From: Lingula anatina
Lineage: Eukaryota > Animalia > Brachiopoda
DNA length: 64,000 nucleotides
Reading direction: 5' to 3'
NCBI GenBank assembly: GCA_051362555.1
Contig: CM120640.1
Span: 2,356,001-2,420,000 of the forward strand
Shown here: one piece after another, positions 39,084-52,100 of the stretch
How the letters are laid out: each line of letters begins with the position of its first letter
Position numbering within the stretch: the first letter of the stretch is position 1
Notes under the pieces: generated by a model
What the model was told of the DNA's origin: nothing
Seen by the model: only the letters and a program-made list of their open reading frames with translations
The model's database searches: none
Translations under genes and position numbers: made by a program

Positions 39084-42000
39084 GTGAATGTGATGAAATG
39101 ATTCTGTGTACAAGGAAGTTTTTTTGTGTAAATTTTAAAACATTTGAAATATAATGTGTATGTTTTAGTTAAAAATATATGCAAATATTAGCCTATTTGC
39201 TTATTAAGATAAGGTCCCATGACTTTCCCTGATGGCAATATTAAGTGGTGAATCTCAATGATGGAAATATTGACATAATTTTGAAGAAAAATAAATATGT
39301 ATCTGAAAATTCATTACCCCATAAGTTTATTTGCAGGAAAGTTGCTGTAAGCCACAGTTTCAATAACATTCTGGCTTGAAACTGTTCCTGAACTCTGAAA
39401 GCAATTGCAATTGAAGATCAGTTGAAAAAAATTTAAACCAAAGAAACATCGGAAAAATGAACCCTTGCATTGACATAGGTTTAAAAAGATTTCTTCAAAG
39501 ATAATTTATTTTGTTTTAGCCTTAGATGAGTGTGAGAATGGAGTCCATAAGTGCCACGCAGATGCTGATTGTATAGATACAAGACGAGCTTACAGGTGTA
39601 AATGTAAAGAGGGGTTCTATGGGAGTGGAAACATTTGTATAGGTAAGCCTATTAACGTCCACTTGTTTCTGTCCGTACTTGATCCTTATTGCTGAGAGTA
39701 CGGAAATTGTCAAAAAGCCTAGAGGAGTCTTCCATAGTATATTATCCAGTCATTTCAAGTGATTGAATTTAATTCCATATGATATATATTCATACTTGCT
39801 CACTTAAAAAAAGAACTACATGGAAAGCTATAAAGTTTTTACAATAATTTAGGATAAAAAGGAGAAAAAATTATTTTAAAGAAACATATGAGAACAAATT
39901 TTGTTGATCTACTAGAGATAAATTTTTTCCCTGGGTTCTTTTTCAGATGTAAATGAATGCCAATATGAAAATGGTGACTGTGTTCATAAATGTACCAATA
40001 CTCATGGTAACTATTCCTGTAGTTGCTTACAAGGATTTGTCTTAGACAGAGATGGACATAATTGTATAGGTAAGACATAGATTGTTGATATGTTAACCTC
40101 CTCTCCTCTGCCTTTACCTTGAGGGTAGGGAACACTTTTTGCATTCCATGTAATTGGCCTTATTTTTCGAGCGTGATTTGAGCCTGATATTCTATGTGAA
40201 ACATGATTTAGGAATTCTTGGTGATTGGTAATTGATCTGTTTTAATCTCGGTTTATTGGTGATTAAGGGGGGGGGGGTATTCTCTACCCTCAACTTTTGC
40301 TCTACCTCTTCTTGGCCACCTACACCATCATATCTTCTGCTCCACCTCTTACTCTCAAGAAGTCTCCCCCCTCCCCCACTTCTTCTTTTCCTCTCCCTGG
40401 ACCATCCTCTTAGGGACCATTCACAATGAATTTTGTCAACCTGGTTAATGCACACTAACTCCACGTGGACTGTTGCTGAATGCAATCAGAATAACAGATC
40501 TCTCTTCTCTGTTGACCCGCCGCTTCCTCTCAAGGAGTCTCACCTTTCCTCCACCTGTTCCTCTCCCTTCCCTAGACCTACCTTTTCCTCCACAAGTCTC
40601 ACCCCCCCCCCCCCCCCGATGCACTTCTTATTCTCAAGAAGTCCAACAGCTTCATAATCACCAGCTCCCCTGTACTAGCTCTACCAGCCCCCACCCCCTG
40701 CACTAGCTCCACCAGCCTCCCACCCCCTGTACTAGCTCCACCATGCCCCCTGCACTAGCTCTACCAGCCCCAACCCCCTGTACTAGCTCTACCAGCCCCC
40801 CACCCCCTGTACTATCTCTACCAGCCCCCCACCCCCTGAACTAGCTCTACCAGCCCCCCACCCCCTATACTAGCTCTACCAGCCCCCCACCCCTGTACTA
40901 GCTCTACCAGCTCTTAACTTTGCTTTCACTCTTCATTAATTTGCTTCCTCATTGACACTATTAGAAACAAAAATATATTCAAATCTTGAAGAAATTTTGT
41001 CAGTTTGTGTTGATATTTTGTTTTCAAATAGGATTTCAATTGTCTGTAATATAACTTAACTTTTCTTTCACTCTTCATTAATTTGCCTCATTGAGACTAT
41101 TAGAAACAAAAATATATTCCAGTCTTGAAGAAATTTTGCCAGTTTCTGTTGATATTTTGTTTTCAAAGTAGTATTTCAATTGTCTGTAATTGAATGTTTA
41201 CTTTTTTAGATAGGAATGAATGTTTTGAGAATAGGGGAGGATGTTCTCAGCAGTGCTTCAACACACTGGGGAGCTATGAATGCCGCTGTAATAATGGATA
41301 TTCTCTTCAAACAGATGGAAAAAGTTGTACAAGAGGAAGAGGTAATTTTTCTTTTTTTCTTTCTTTTCTTTCTTTCTATTTTTTCTTTATTGGAAAGAGT
41401 TGGTGTATATATACAACTGTACATAGTACTATATGGTGTAGAAGAAGTTTTATCGCTATATTTTAGAAATATATGATTGTTTTAACAATTAAAATAGAAC
41501 GAATATTAAAATAGAACGAAGCCTAAAAATTGATACTTGTAGTAGTCGGACTTCAGGTCTTTTTTGAGCAAAACAATTATTTGTTTCTCTCTGAGCTGGG
41601 ACCAAAGTTCATGTGTGAAAACATTTTTTTCCATTTTTTGATACTTTAATGTTTTTCTATTTTTCTACATGATTTATTATTTTTTTCTATCAAAATGATA
41701 TCAAATGTGGTTCTGTGAAGTAAGAGGAGGAAAGGGGCGGTGCATTGATATTGTGGTACAAAAAGTTATGGCTGAAGATGTGAAATAAATGTCTCCGAGT
41801 GTGTTTATCATTAACTCTTGTCAGAGTTGAGTAGTGTCAGAATGGTTGATGTTTATTAGTCTGAAATACGCTTCTTAAGAAACATACTTCAAAATTTGGC
41901 AATTCACACTGTTGGCAGTTGGCCACACAATCACGTGCCTTTTATAGGTTATTTGTTGGGTTTTTTATGGGTGCCTTATGACAAATTATTTGAAAGAATC

Positions 42001-45000
42001 ACAAGATGTGGGAAACAATGTAATAAGACTCTTGTTTTCTTAAATTTCCAGTCTTTATTTTATCTATGTCAGAGAGAACGTGTATATGAAAGCGCAGGCT
42101 GTGGCGTAGTGCATTGATAAAGCAAGTTGTAAATAATTCAAAGCAACCCTATTGGCCATTTGTTCTGCAAATGCTCCCATTAGGATGATCAGTGGTTTTG
42201 TCCTGACAAAGAATGTGGCATGTGGCACAGTAAATAGGCACCAATTGTTTCTTTTAACTGAAATATAGTCACATTACATACGGAGTAACAGAAACGTTCA
42301 TGCAACTTGTCTTGTAGCAGAAAAGGTTGAGTGGAGGAGTTCAAAGGCTGCATGAAAAAAGGGATAGTCACTGATTTGTAAACTCCTGGACATAATGGAT
42401 GTTATTAGGCACACTTGGCTTGGGCCATTTATTTGATGGCAGTGTAAGTTTGGATAATCGTGAAATCAGAAGGAATTGGTAACAGTTAATATTTTGATGT
42501 GATTACATGAGTTTCTGGTTACATTTGCCACAAATTACCATCCAGCTATGTTTGGGCCATTCCAAATTTCAGCTCAGTGTGTGCAGATATAGAAAACAAA
42601 CTGTACAGATGTTTGGTCTTTCTTCTTTCTCCAACAATCATTACACCTGCTGGTCGGCTGGAGCTCTCCTGCTATACTGCTTTATTGTGGTTAACAGTCG
42701 CAATAAACGCCACATTTGATGGAAGTTTGTAATAATTGCATGCATATGGTTGCAATACACTTTCAATATTTGTAAACAGAAAATGCTGGATTTAATTTGA
42801 AATCTGTTATAAAATTATGGTTAACAAAAAAGATAGGATAGTTTGTTGTATACAAATGCACCACTGTTGGGATGATTAGGTATAGCAAATAAAATAAAGT
42901 ACAATAAAATTCAATGAACAGTAAAATATATGATATACAACGTGAGAAATTCTTATAAAGTAGATTACAATATAATACAATAAACATTATAATATGAAAT
43001 AAAATGCAAGAAATTCTAATGAAGTACACTACAAATTAGTACAAGATCACAATTGAATATATTTTAAAACCAGAACTGTTTTGTTAATGTGCTTATTTAG
43101 TTTAGTAGTGTTCTTTAATATACATTTACTAATTTTGCCTTGTTCCTTTTCAGGATGGTGTGAAACATGGAAAGGATGTGCCCATCATTGCAACCCTAGG
43201 AATTATGCCTGCGCCTGTCGCGCTGGCTACGTGCTTCACAATAACGGAAAAGATTGCATAGGTGGGTAAACAGGCAATGAAAAATAAATCTGTCTGTAAA
43301 TAGGGGTGAGAAATATTTTAATTCGGAATTGCACCCTGTGTGTGCTGCCTTTGATCATCTCAATTGTTGTTATTATACAGAGTAAAGTCTAAAAGAGAAG
43401 GAAGTTAGTTTGCAAAATTCTTATTATTATTTTTGAAAAGATGCATTGTTTAAAAAAAACCAAACATTAAATTAAATAGGGAATGACACAATTGAACAAG
43501 CATGAATATATATTAAAATAAAAGAAAGAAAACATCCTGAATAGGAAGCTGTTTTATTAAAGAAATTATGCCTCGACTTATCAGCAGCATTCATTATTAC
43601 TAGACTCAAGAAAAAGAAAGCACTTTTTTCCAGCAGACACATGCTAAGAATTGCACACACCTCCAGACAGCTCTACAAATCATAAGAGCATTACAGGAAC
43701 TGGGCAGGACCCGAGAATTTGTTGAATGACGAAGCTGTCAGCAGTAGCTGTCAAAAAAGGGAAAAGATCACTTTATTGAATTAACCCGGGGGCTGACCTC
43801 TGTCATTTGTGATTATATTGGGACTAAAAGATTGCTTTTTAGATAAAACTACCCCCATTTGTTTGTGAAAAACGTGATGCAGATTCTAAAACTGTTTTGC
43901 CAAAACATGTGTTTTAAAACGGGCATCTGTGTCTTCTCAGGATTATCACTTTTAACAGTTATTAATAGTATCTCCTGCAAAGTTTCAAAGTACCTTCCTA
44001 CTGATGTTAAAATTTTTTTAACAAAAACGTTGTTACACTTGGCTGTTTTGTTGTAAAACTAAGTATACCTCTAAGAGCTTTGTGTTTATTTTGAAAAAAT
44101 ACTCAAAGATGGCAACTGAGGCATTTTTTATTGCAACTTGAAAAACAGGATATTGAAGTACAACAAATTGACATGAATTTGATTTAATCTACTGAATTTT
44201 AAGTGTGTTTTTGCTACTGGAGTCAGCCCCAGAGGATCTTGTGTACATTGTGCAAAATATTTTTTATTGATATTTTTAAGTCCTCAAAACTCTTTATACA
44301 CCATTGCTGGGGGATATGAAATACATTGTCAATCAGGAGTATTTAAATTTTATATTTTAATCCTAATTTGATCTGAAATTCTGATGTAAACTTGGAATTG
44401 TATTTGAAAAAAAGTATTCTGATTTTTTCATTCATCATATGGATCTTCAGATCCTGAAACAACAGCACAAATAAGAAAATACTCCTGGACCCCATTTTAG
44501 ATTTGTAGTGGAAATGTGCACAGAGACAAAGGGGATAACTAATCATTAGTATAAATTTTCTGAAAGTTTTCTGGAAGTCATAATGAAAAACAACTTCAGA
44601 CATAAGTTCCACACTAACAAGGAATACAAATTTACCCGTTGTAAGTGTCAAGCCATTCATAAAAAAATTTAACATTGTTTAATCCACAACAAGTGAAATG
44701 TAGCATAGAAGGTGAAAGTGGCCATGTTGGTTACCAATTTTTTTCCTAATTTCTTCATGCAAGTTGGGACAGGTTTTGTCTGGAATATTTCCAGAGCGGC
44801 TGTTTGCAAGCATTACTCAACAACGTACAAGTGCAGAATCATCATTTCTGGCTAACAAAGTCTGACAATTTACATGAGTAGTGTTCTAATTATAGACTGG
44901 TTAAAGCACATGAAGAGTTTCTGGAGATAGAATAACACAGCTAAGTGGCAGATATGCTTCATCTACATTAAAATTAAACATTAAAATAATAGTGAGGACT

Positions 45001-46090
45001 GGTCTGCCTGGACAGAGGACTGCATTCCCTGAGTGCTTTTCAAGTTTATTTATGTATTTTATTTATTTTAATAAGAACTTATATGTTATTATTTATAGAT
45101 ATTGTGTATCTACCACTAATCATAGTGATAAAGATTTTAGGTAGAAAATTAACAATTTTCTTATATATATTTTTCACACACTGTATGTACTGAGTCAAAT
45201 TTTCTCATATACACTCATGTATCTAACTTTTGAGTTGCTTTGATGTTATTGTATGATTATACTTCAGTAAGCACTATCCACCCAAGAGCTGAAAAGCCAT
45301 GTAAATCATTTTTACCCTTTTATTGAATTTTCTCAGCAACATGTGATATTGGCAATGGTGGGTGTCAGCACAAGTGTAGGAATACCCCCCAGGGTCCAGT
45401 GTGTACCTGTGCTCCCAAGTACATGGCAAGAGCTGATGGAAGGACTTGTATAGGTGGGTCTGGAGTTTGTATCATTACCATGGACAGTTTTAACTCAGGC
45501 AATTGGTAATTATCATTTATGAGGCCTGATTATGAAAATTACTGCCCTTTCCACTTTTGATATATTTTTTTTTTATTTTTCACTTGTTTTCCCCCTGATC
45601 TTGTAATTTTATCCACAAAGCACTGATAAACCCCACAGCACTACCCAAATATTTTTTTGAGGCATTAAAAATATAAAATGTCCAAAGATACGGTTTCTTT
45701 GGCACAGTCTTTTTGATTGAAAACATTTATCCACCCCCTTTATAAGCTTCTTTAAACATTTGTTTTATTGCAAACATGTTAAGCAAAACAAAGAAAAATT
45801 AACTCCCCCCCCCCTCATTTCTTCCCCCTTTACAGTATCCCTGGGTCTGAAAGTGAAATTAATAAAATTGAATTTTATTTATATCATTATGAACTTGTAT
45901 TTTAATCCTTTCTTACCTCTTCCAGCGACGTGTGATGTTAACAATGGCGGTTGTGCTCAGACGTGCAAGGATAGCAATGACGGCCCTCAGTGCAGCTGTC
46001 CTCCTGGCTATATCCTACATCAGGATAAAAAAACATGTTTAGGTAAAGAGTTGAAGTTTAACTTACTATTATTGTCATTAATATCATTAT

Positions 46091-46140
<50 letters not shown>

Positions 46141-49100
46141 CTGGAAGCTTTAACAGGAGTGGATCCAGATCTATTTTCTGACAGTCTTCCAAATTATCTT
46201 TGTTGATCCATTTCTCCATTTTTGACCGTCTTCCGACAGAAAAAATAGATACCCGTCAGTGTAAACTTGAATATCTGACAGTCTTCCTGAACACCCAGAA
46301 GATGGCCTCAATCCAGCCCTGCTTTAAGAAACAAAATAATCCATCATGTTATCCTGTACTGTGTCTCAGTTCTCATGCCTTATTTAGTTAACTGTTTTCA
46401 TAATTTGTATAAAGATATTAGTGTAGAGAGTCTATAAAAATAATTTGTAAACAGTTTAGAGCTCAGTAAAGTATTATTGATATCATTCAGCCATATGTCA
46501 GGCTTATACCTGTAACATAACAATAGAGATGAAAGGTTGCATTTAGCTTATGCAGAGTTGTTTTTAGAATAAGAAAATTCATTTGGAAAAATATTTAGAT
46601 TTTTCAGAGGGGATAAATTCCAAGCCAAAACTTACTGCTTGTAGATCTGTAATGCCTTTGAGTTTGAGTGTAGGCTTGATTTTGCCTAAATTGTTTTTGT
46701 GAGAAAAAAATGAACAGGATTGAACATGCATGTAACCAGATATGTTTTGGTGAAAAAAAATGTTTGTACAAAATAGTACTTTGGATGTTTTGATTTCATT
46801 GGCTGGGAATTAAATTAGCAAGCTGTATAATGAGCAAACAAAACAATTTGACTTTTTGTTTGTCAGGCATGACTTCTTGTTACTATGTCATTAGGGCAGG
46901 GCAACATGTTTCCTTTATTTTTTCTTTTTCTTTTTTTTAAAGTTGAATTTAAACTAGAATTTATTATAGACAGATTTGCTGTAGAAAAAAATTAGTTGAA
47001 TTTTTACACCTCCAATAAGGTAAAGGGTCACTTAATACATGTTTGACTGCCAAAATTCCCCCTTTTAATTCTGACTTGATAAATAACATTTAAATGTGAG
47101 TTGAGGGTCTTACAAAGTGATTTCAGATATCCAGTGTGAAGGAAGGACCAATTTGGAGTTTTATACAAAATTTCAGTTGGAAACTGTAATGCAATTAGTA
47201 TTTCAGACTTTATTATGTAATGTCTAATTGAAACATGGTGTAGCTCTGGAATATTCTCACATATTCCCCCTTTTTGTATATATGTTAATTTGGCGTAAAA
47301 AGAAAAGCACTATAATCATGATATATCAGCATGTTATGATAAAATCAGTGCGGTGTTTGCTACACCTTTCTCTTGTTCCTGTTTATCTGCGGAATGTTGC
47401 AATGTCTGGCATTTGTGTTGGGAGTTTACTTGTTTAATCAGGAGAAGTTGTTTAGCAGTACTTGCTCCTGTCTTTCATTTTTTTCAAGTGATGGGGGCAA
47501 CAAGGTTAGACCGGGAACAGAAGAAAAATGCATGCTGAACTGATTTTTCAATTTCATGCCTGTCAATCAAGTCTTGTTTATTCAATTTGGTAATGCTTTT
47601 TAGGCATTTACTCTAACTGGTTTCCTTTCCATCATTTGTCATTATGGTATCTGAATTGAAATTTTTCTCCCTTCTCTCTGGAATTATCTCAATCTTTCAA
47701 ATTAAAAAAAATTGAATATGATGACACATTTTTTGTATTTGATAATACATTCTTACTGTCATGTCAAATGTATTTGCATGTTTCTTTGTGAAAAAAAAAA
47801 AGGTTTCAAAGTTTAAAACTTATATGAAATTTCAATGTCATTTTAAGAATTATGAAAAACCTTGCATTTATGAGTGAAAAGATATTTTAGGCAAAGTGGA
47901 GACTGCAGTTAAAATTCAGTTATTCACACAGACAGTTCCTATGATACAATTGCAGGCCTGTTTTGGGAAGGGGGGGTTGAAATTAAGTGACATTTTGTCC
48001 AGGAAAAGCTCACTACTGAATCATTTGATCTTGGTTTTATGTCATAATAGTAAAAAGGTCCACTTTTCAGAAAAAGACTCCCCCTCTTTTGAAATTGCTG
48101 GCTGAAAACATGAGTCGGAAAGGAATTCTAATGGTAGTAATTGCTATGAATGACTTACGTATTTCTCATTTTCAGATGTAAATGAGTGTAACATCAATAA
48201 TGGCGGATGCAGCCATGAATGTGAAAATACAGATGGAAGTTATGAGTGTATTTGTCCAAAGGGTTACAAGGTGCACGCAAATGAAAAAATTTGTCAAGGT
48301 AAGTGAGGGAAAAGGATCTTTCACCAGAAAATAATTTTCTTTAATTAACTCCTGGCAGAGCCACTTGTCTGGCTGGCGTTGTAATAAGGAAAAGGTTTGG
48401 TGTTGACGGGCTCATGTCTATGATTTTGTATATATGTTCTTATTATTGTGGTAGTAGCACCTATTTAATGTAAAATATGTTTATAAACAGGAAACAGGTT
48501 TTGTAGTACATTTACCAAAAAGTAATGATATACGGGGTTCTTGCATGTAGAACAGTATGCTCCACGTCCTATGCATTATTGTTCAAGATGTTTATATGCG
48601 CCACCTGTTACTGTTTCAGCTTGTGTTATATGTGACTTGGAACAGAGAGAAAACATGTTTTATTACATCTATGGATTTCTGTCACCATTTGATTCACATT
48701 TACAGTCCACCAAATTTTAAACAAATTACATGTGAAATATCAAGTATTGACCTTGATGAACTCTGGTTCAGGTTCACTTGCTACAGATTGGAGCAGTTAC
48801 AGCAACAAACACTTGTGCTCCTCAGTAACTAAATTTGTCCAAACTGTCAAAGAGAATTGACAGAAAATGGTTGATAAGTTAATAGTTTCTACAGAAACTG
48901 ATCTTTGATCTCTCCTGCTGAAATAGAAACCGCTCTTAACAGCCATTATAAGTTTTAATTAGTCTGCACTTCTGTCGGTAACACTATCAAGTGTATGTTC
49001 TGGATCATCTTGGACCCCTTGATAAACCAGAAATAGACAGACTTTATTTGAATGCATTTAATTGGGTTGTTGTAACTAATTTAATTTTTTGACAGGTGAT

Positions 49101-52100
49101 GGCAAAATTAAGTGGGCCCTTTATACTAGAGGAAATTAAAATCTTCTGGAGAATTTGTGTAACACACAACAATTTCTTTTTGCCTTTGGTAGTGTTTAAT
49201 TAAATTTGAACCAGTTTCGTGTGACCAGATTGTGAAATGCACCGTTGGCTTTTTCCCAAACCACAAGTTAATTCATTGGTTATGTACCGAGAGGAGTGCT
49301 GCTCAAAACTGTTGGCTCTTGTGAAAATCTTTAGGAGAAGAATTTTGTTTTTAAAAAATGAATGGCTGGAACCCATGCCAGACCAACAAAGTTTGAGCAC
49401 ACTGATATGTGGTTGTCTATCTGTCTGTTTATCTGCCTGTCTGCCCATTCGTTATTCTTTTTGTGGAAGAAATCTTGCATCATCATCTCCTAGCTTCTAA
49501 GTTTATTTAGATGCACATTCAGTTCAAAGTGTTCACACAGGAAGAACTCAGTATTGAGTTCTGCAGCTGGGGATTTTATCAATTTATTTATTTATTTATT
49601 TATTTATTTTTTGTTAAATTTGAGGGTCTTGGTTAAGTTGGCAAACAGTTCAGCTTGACCTTGTTTAAGACACAGAAAAAATATCTATACTTATCTGTTT
49701 CAAGAAAGAGTTTTGCTCGATTTTTCAAACATTTTGCAATGACGTAATGGTTATGCATCTGATATATTGTTTGTGTCTATCAGTCAAAATATTTTCATGA
49801 AAACTATATCCCGTCTCCGTTGATTTCCTGTCAGACCAGTAGGTGTGGTGATTTGGAAGGGTTGTCATCGCAGTTACAGTCCTTTACATGTTCTTTATTT
49901 TATAATTTTGAGAATTAAAAAAATTTCTAGTAATATTTTACTGGCTTTTGTCGACAGGTGTGTTTCTACATGATTGTTTTATTTATTTATTTATTTATTT
50001 ATTAGAAATACAAGAACTAGACAGTGCTCAAAACAGGACTCATGATGTTTTTATTTTGCTTACGGTTGATTTATCACTAGCAATTGCAGATTGTCACAGG
50101 TATTCTTCATGGCCCCAAAAATTACCTGTAGAAAGTCTTCTGTGGTATTCAAGTTGATAGAATAGAAGCATTCTTTACTTAATATTTCTATCCACCATCT
50201 ATGGACCTTGGTCATATAAATGGTGATTTTTTATTTTTGGGTATACCGGAATCTGACACTGAAGGAACAGGACAGATACGTAAAAAATAATTCTGTTCTA
50301 TAGTGCCAGATAGAGATCACCAAAAGCCACTTTCATGGTATTTAAGTTGTTTTTGAAAGTTTTTTGTTGAAAAATACAAGACTGTCTTGAAAATATGGCT
50401 TTGTTTGTTGTAGATGTGGATGAGTGCGCTCTGAATACTACATGTGACCACACCTGTATCAATACCCCGGGGAGTTACGTCTGCTCCTGTCACAGAGGGT
50501 ATGAAAAGTATGGTGTCAGCCACTGCGGAGGTAAGGTTCACTGAGGTGAATAGAACAAATGAAATTGGGGGAGTGGAAATCAATGTGCTCTTTGTTTTAT
50601 TACCCAGCTTAATAAGTTACCTTAAAATACGACTATTTGCCATTTATATTCACAAGCACTAGCTCATGGATAACAATTAAGCTACTTTGAAGTGTCAATT
50701 GTTAGACCTATCAATTTGAAAATTAATTTGACTGAATTAAAGAACAATATGGCAAACAAGCAGAGAACTAGAATTGCAAAGTAAACTGTCTAACACAATT
50801 CTATCCATCTTTGAAAATTATTGAAAAACTCACTGTTTAATTTTCAGCATATATTTTTACAATGACATTTATTTATTTATTTATTTATTTATTTATTTGT
50901 ATAGATATCAATGAATGTTCCATCAATAATGGCGGCTGTGATCATGGGTGCCGTAACACCATGGGAAGCTTTGAATGTTACTGCCACTCTGGTCATAAGC
51001 TCCACCCCAACAAGAAAGATTGTGTAGGTATGGTATCCAAGACAAAAAGGTATTGTGATGATCAGGCACAGTGTGCTGCAACATATTGAAAATAGTGATT
51101 TTGGGATACAGTAGCAACTTTATAGCTCAGTAAATGTCTCTGAAATGATATAATAATATGTTAAGTGTAGCTACATAGCATAGTACTACATAGACCAAAA
51201 TATTTTTTGTCATTTTAGTTTTTTACACATTTAACATAATTTATTCTTCATGTATATTTTTATGTCCCTATTTTTATACAGAAAAAAGATTTTATCCAGT
51301 GTCCACAGTTTTACTTTTCTTTTCACAAACCTCATTGATCTTTACAGTTTTGGACCGTTGCACCCCTCTGAAGCCTCCAGCTAAGGCTTTACTCTCCTGT
51401 ACCCAGCAGGGTAATGATGAGGTGTGTGTCCTTAGTTGCCATAGTAACGCACATTTCACAGCCTCTGATGACCAGCAGTATACGTACACCTGTGGGCTGA
51501 GCACTCAGTTCCAGTGGACACACGAAAAAAATAACCAGACGTTACCCTCTTGTTCTGGTAAGGACGGATCTATCTTTATTATTTAATCTATTTTATCCAC
51601 ATAACCCTCTGTATATGTATGTTTTTTATGGTTTATCCTCGGTCAATTTAATTTAACTCCTGCTTTTGCAGAATGCTACAGTTTCTTACAGTGTTGTTTG
51701 CACACTTGTTCTTGCTATTAATTCATAGTTGCACCAACTTTTGACTGAGATTGATATCAATTTCTTGGAAGAGGACAAATACACACAGCGGGATGAAAAC
51801 CACTTTAAATTTGAAGTTATTTTTAATGTATCATGGTAATATGTTACAGATGTTTAAAAAAATTTATTTGTTTCTCATGCTTTCAGAGGCAGTCACCTTG
51901 CCCAGTTTTAAGAAGAGGGCCAAATTTTTTTTCAAGACTGACAAATGCAAATTGAGAAAACGTGTCAGAAGAAATGGTGCTGCAAACGAGGCTCAAGGTG
52001 AGAAATCGACAAAAGAAAGAAATAATATTCTTTAAGGCCCCATTCAGAATAGGGGACTAGCTAGTCCAAGGGTCAAATATGGCCGACCCACTTGAATTCT

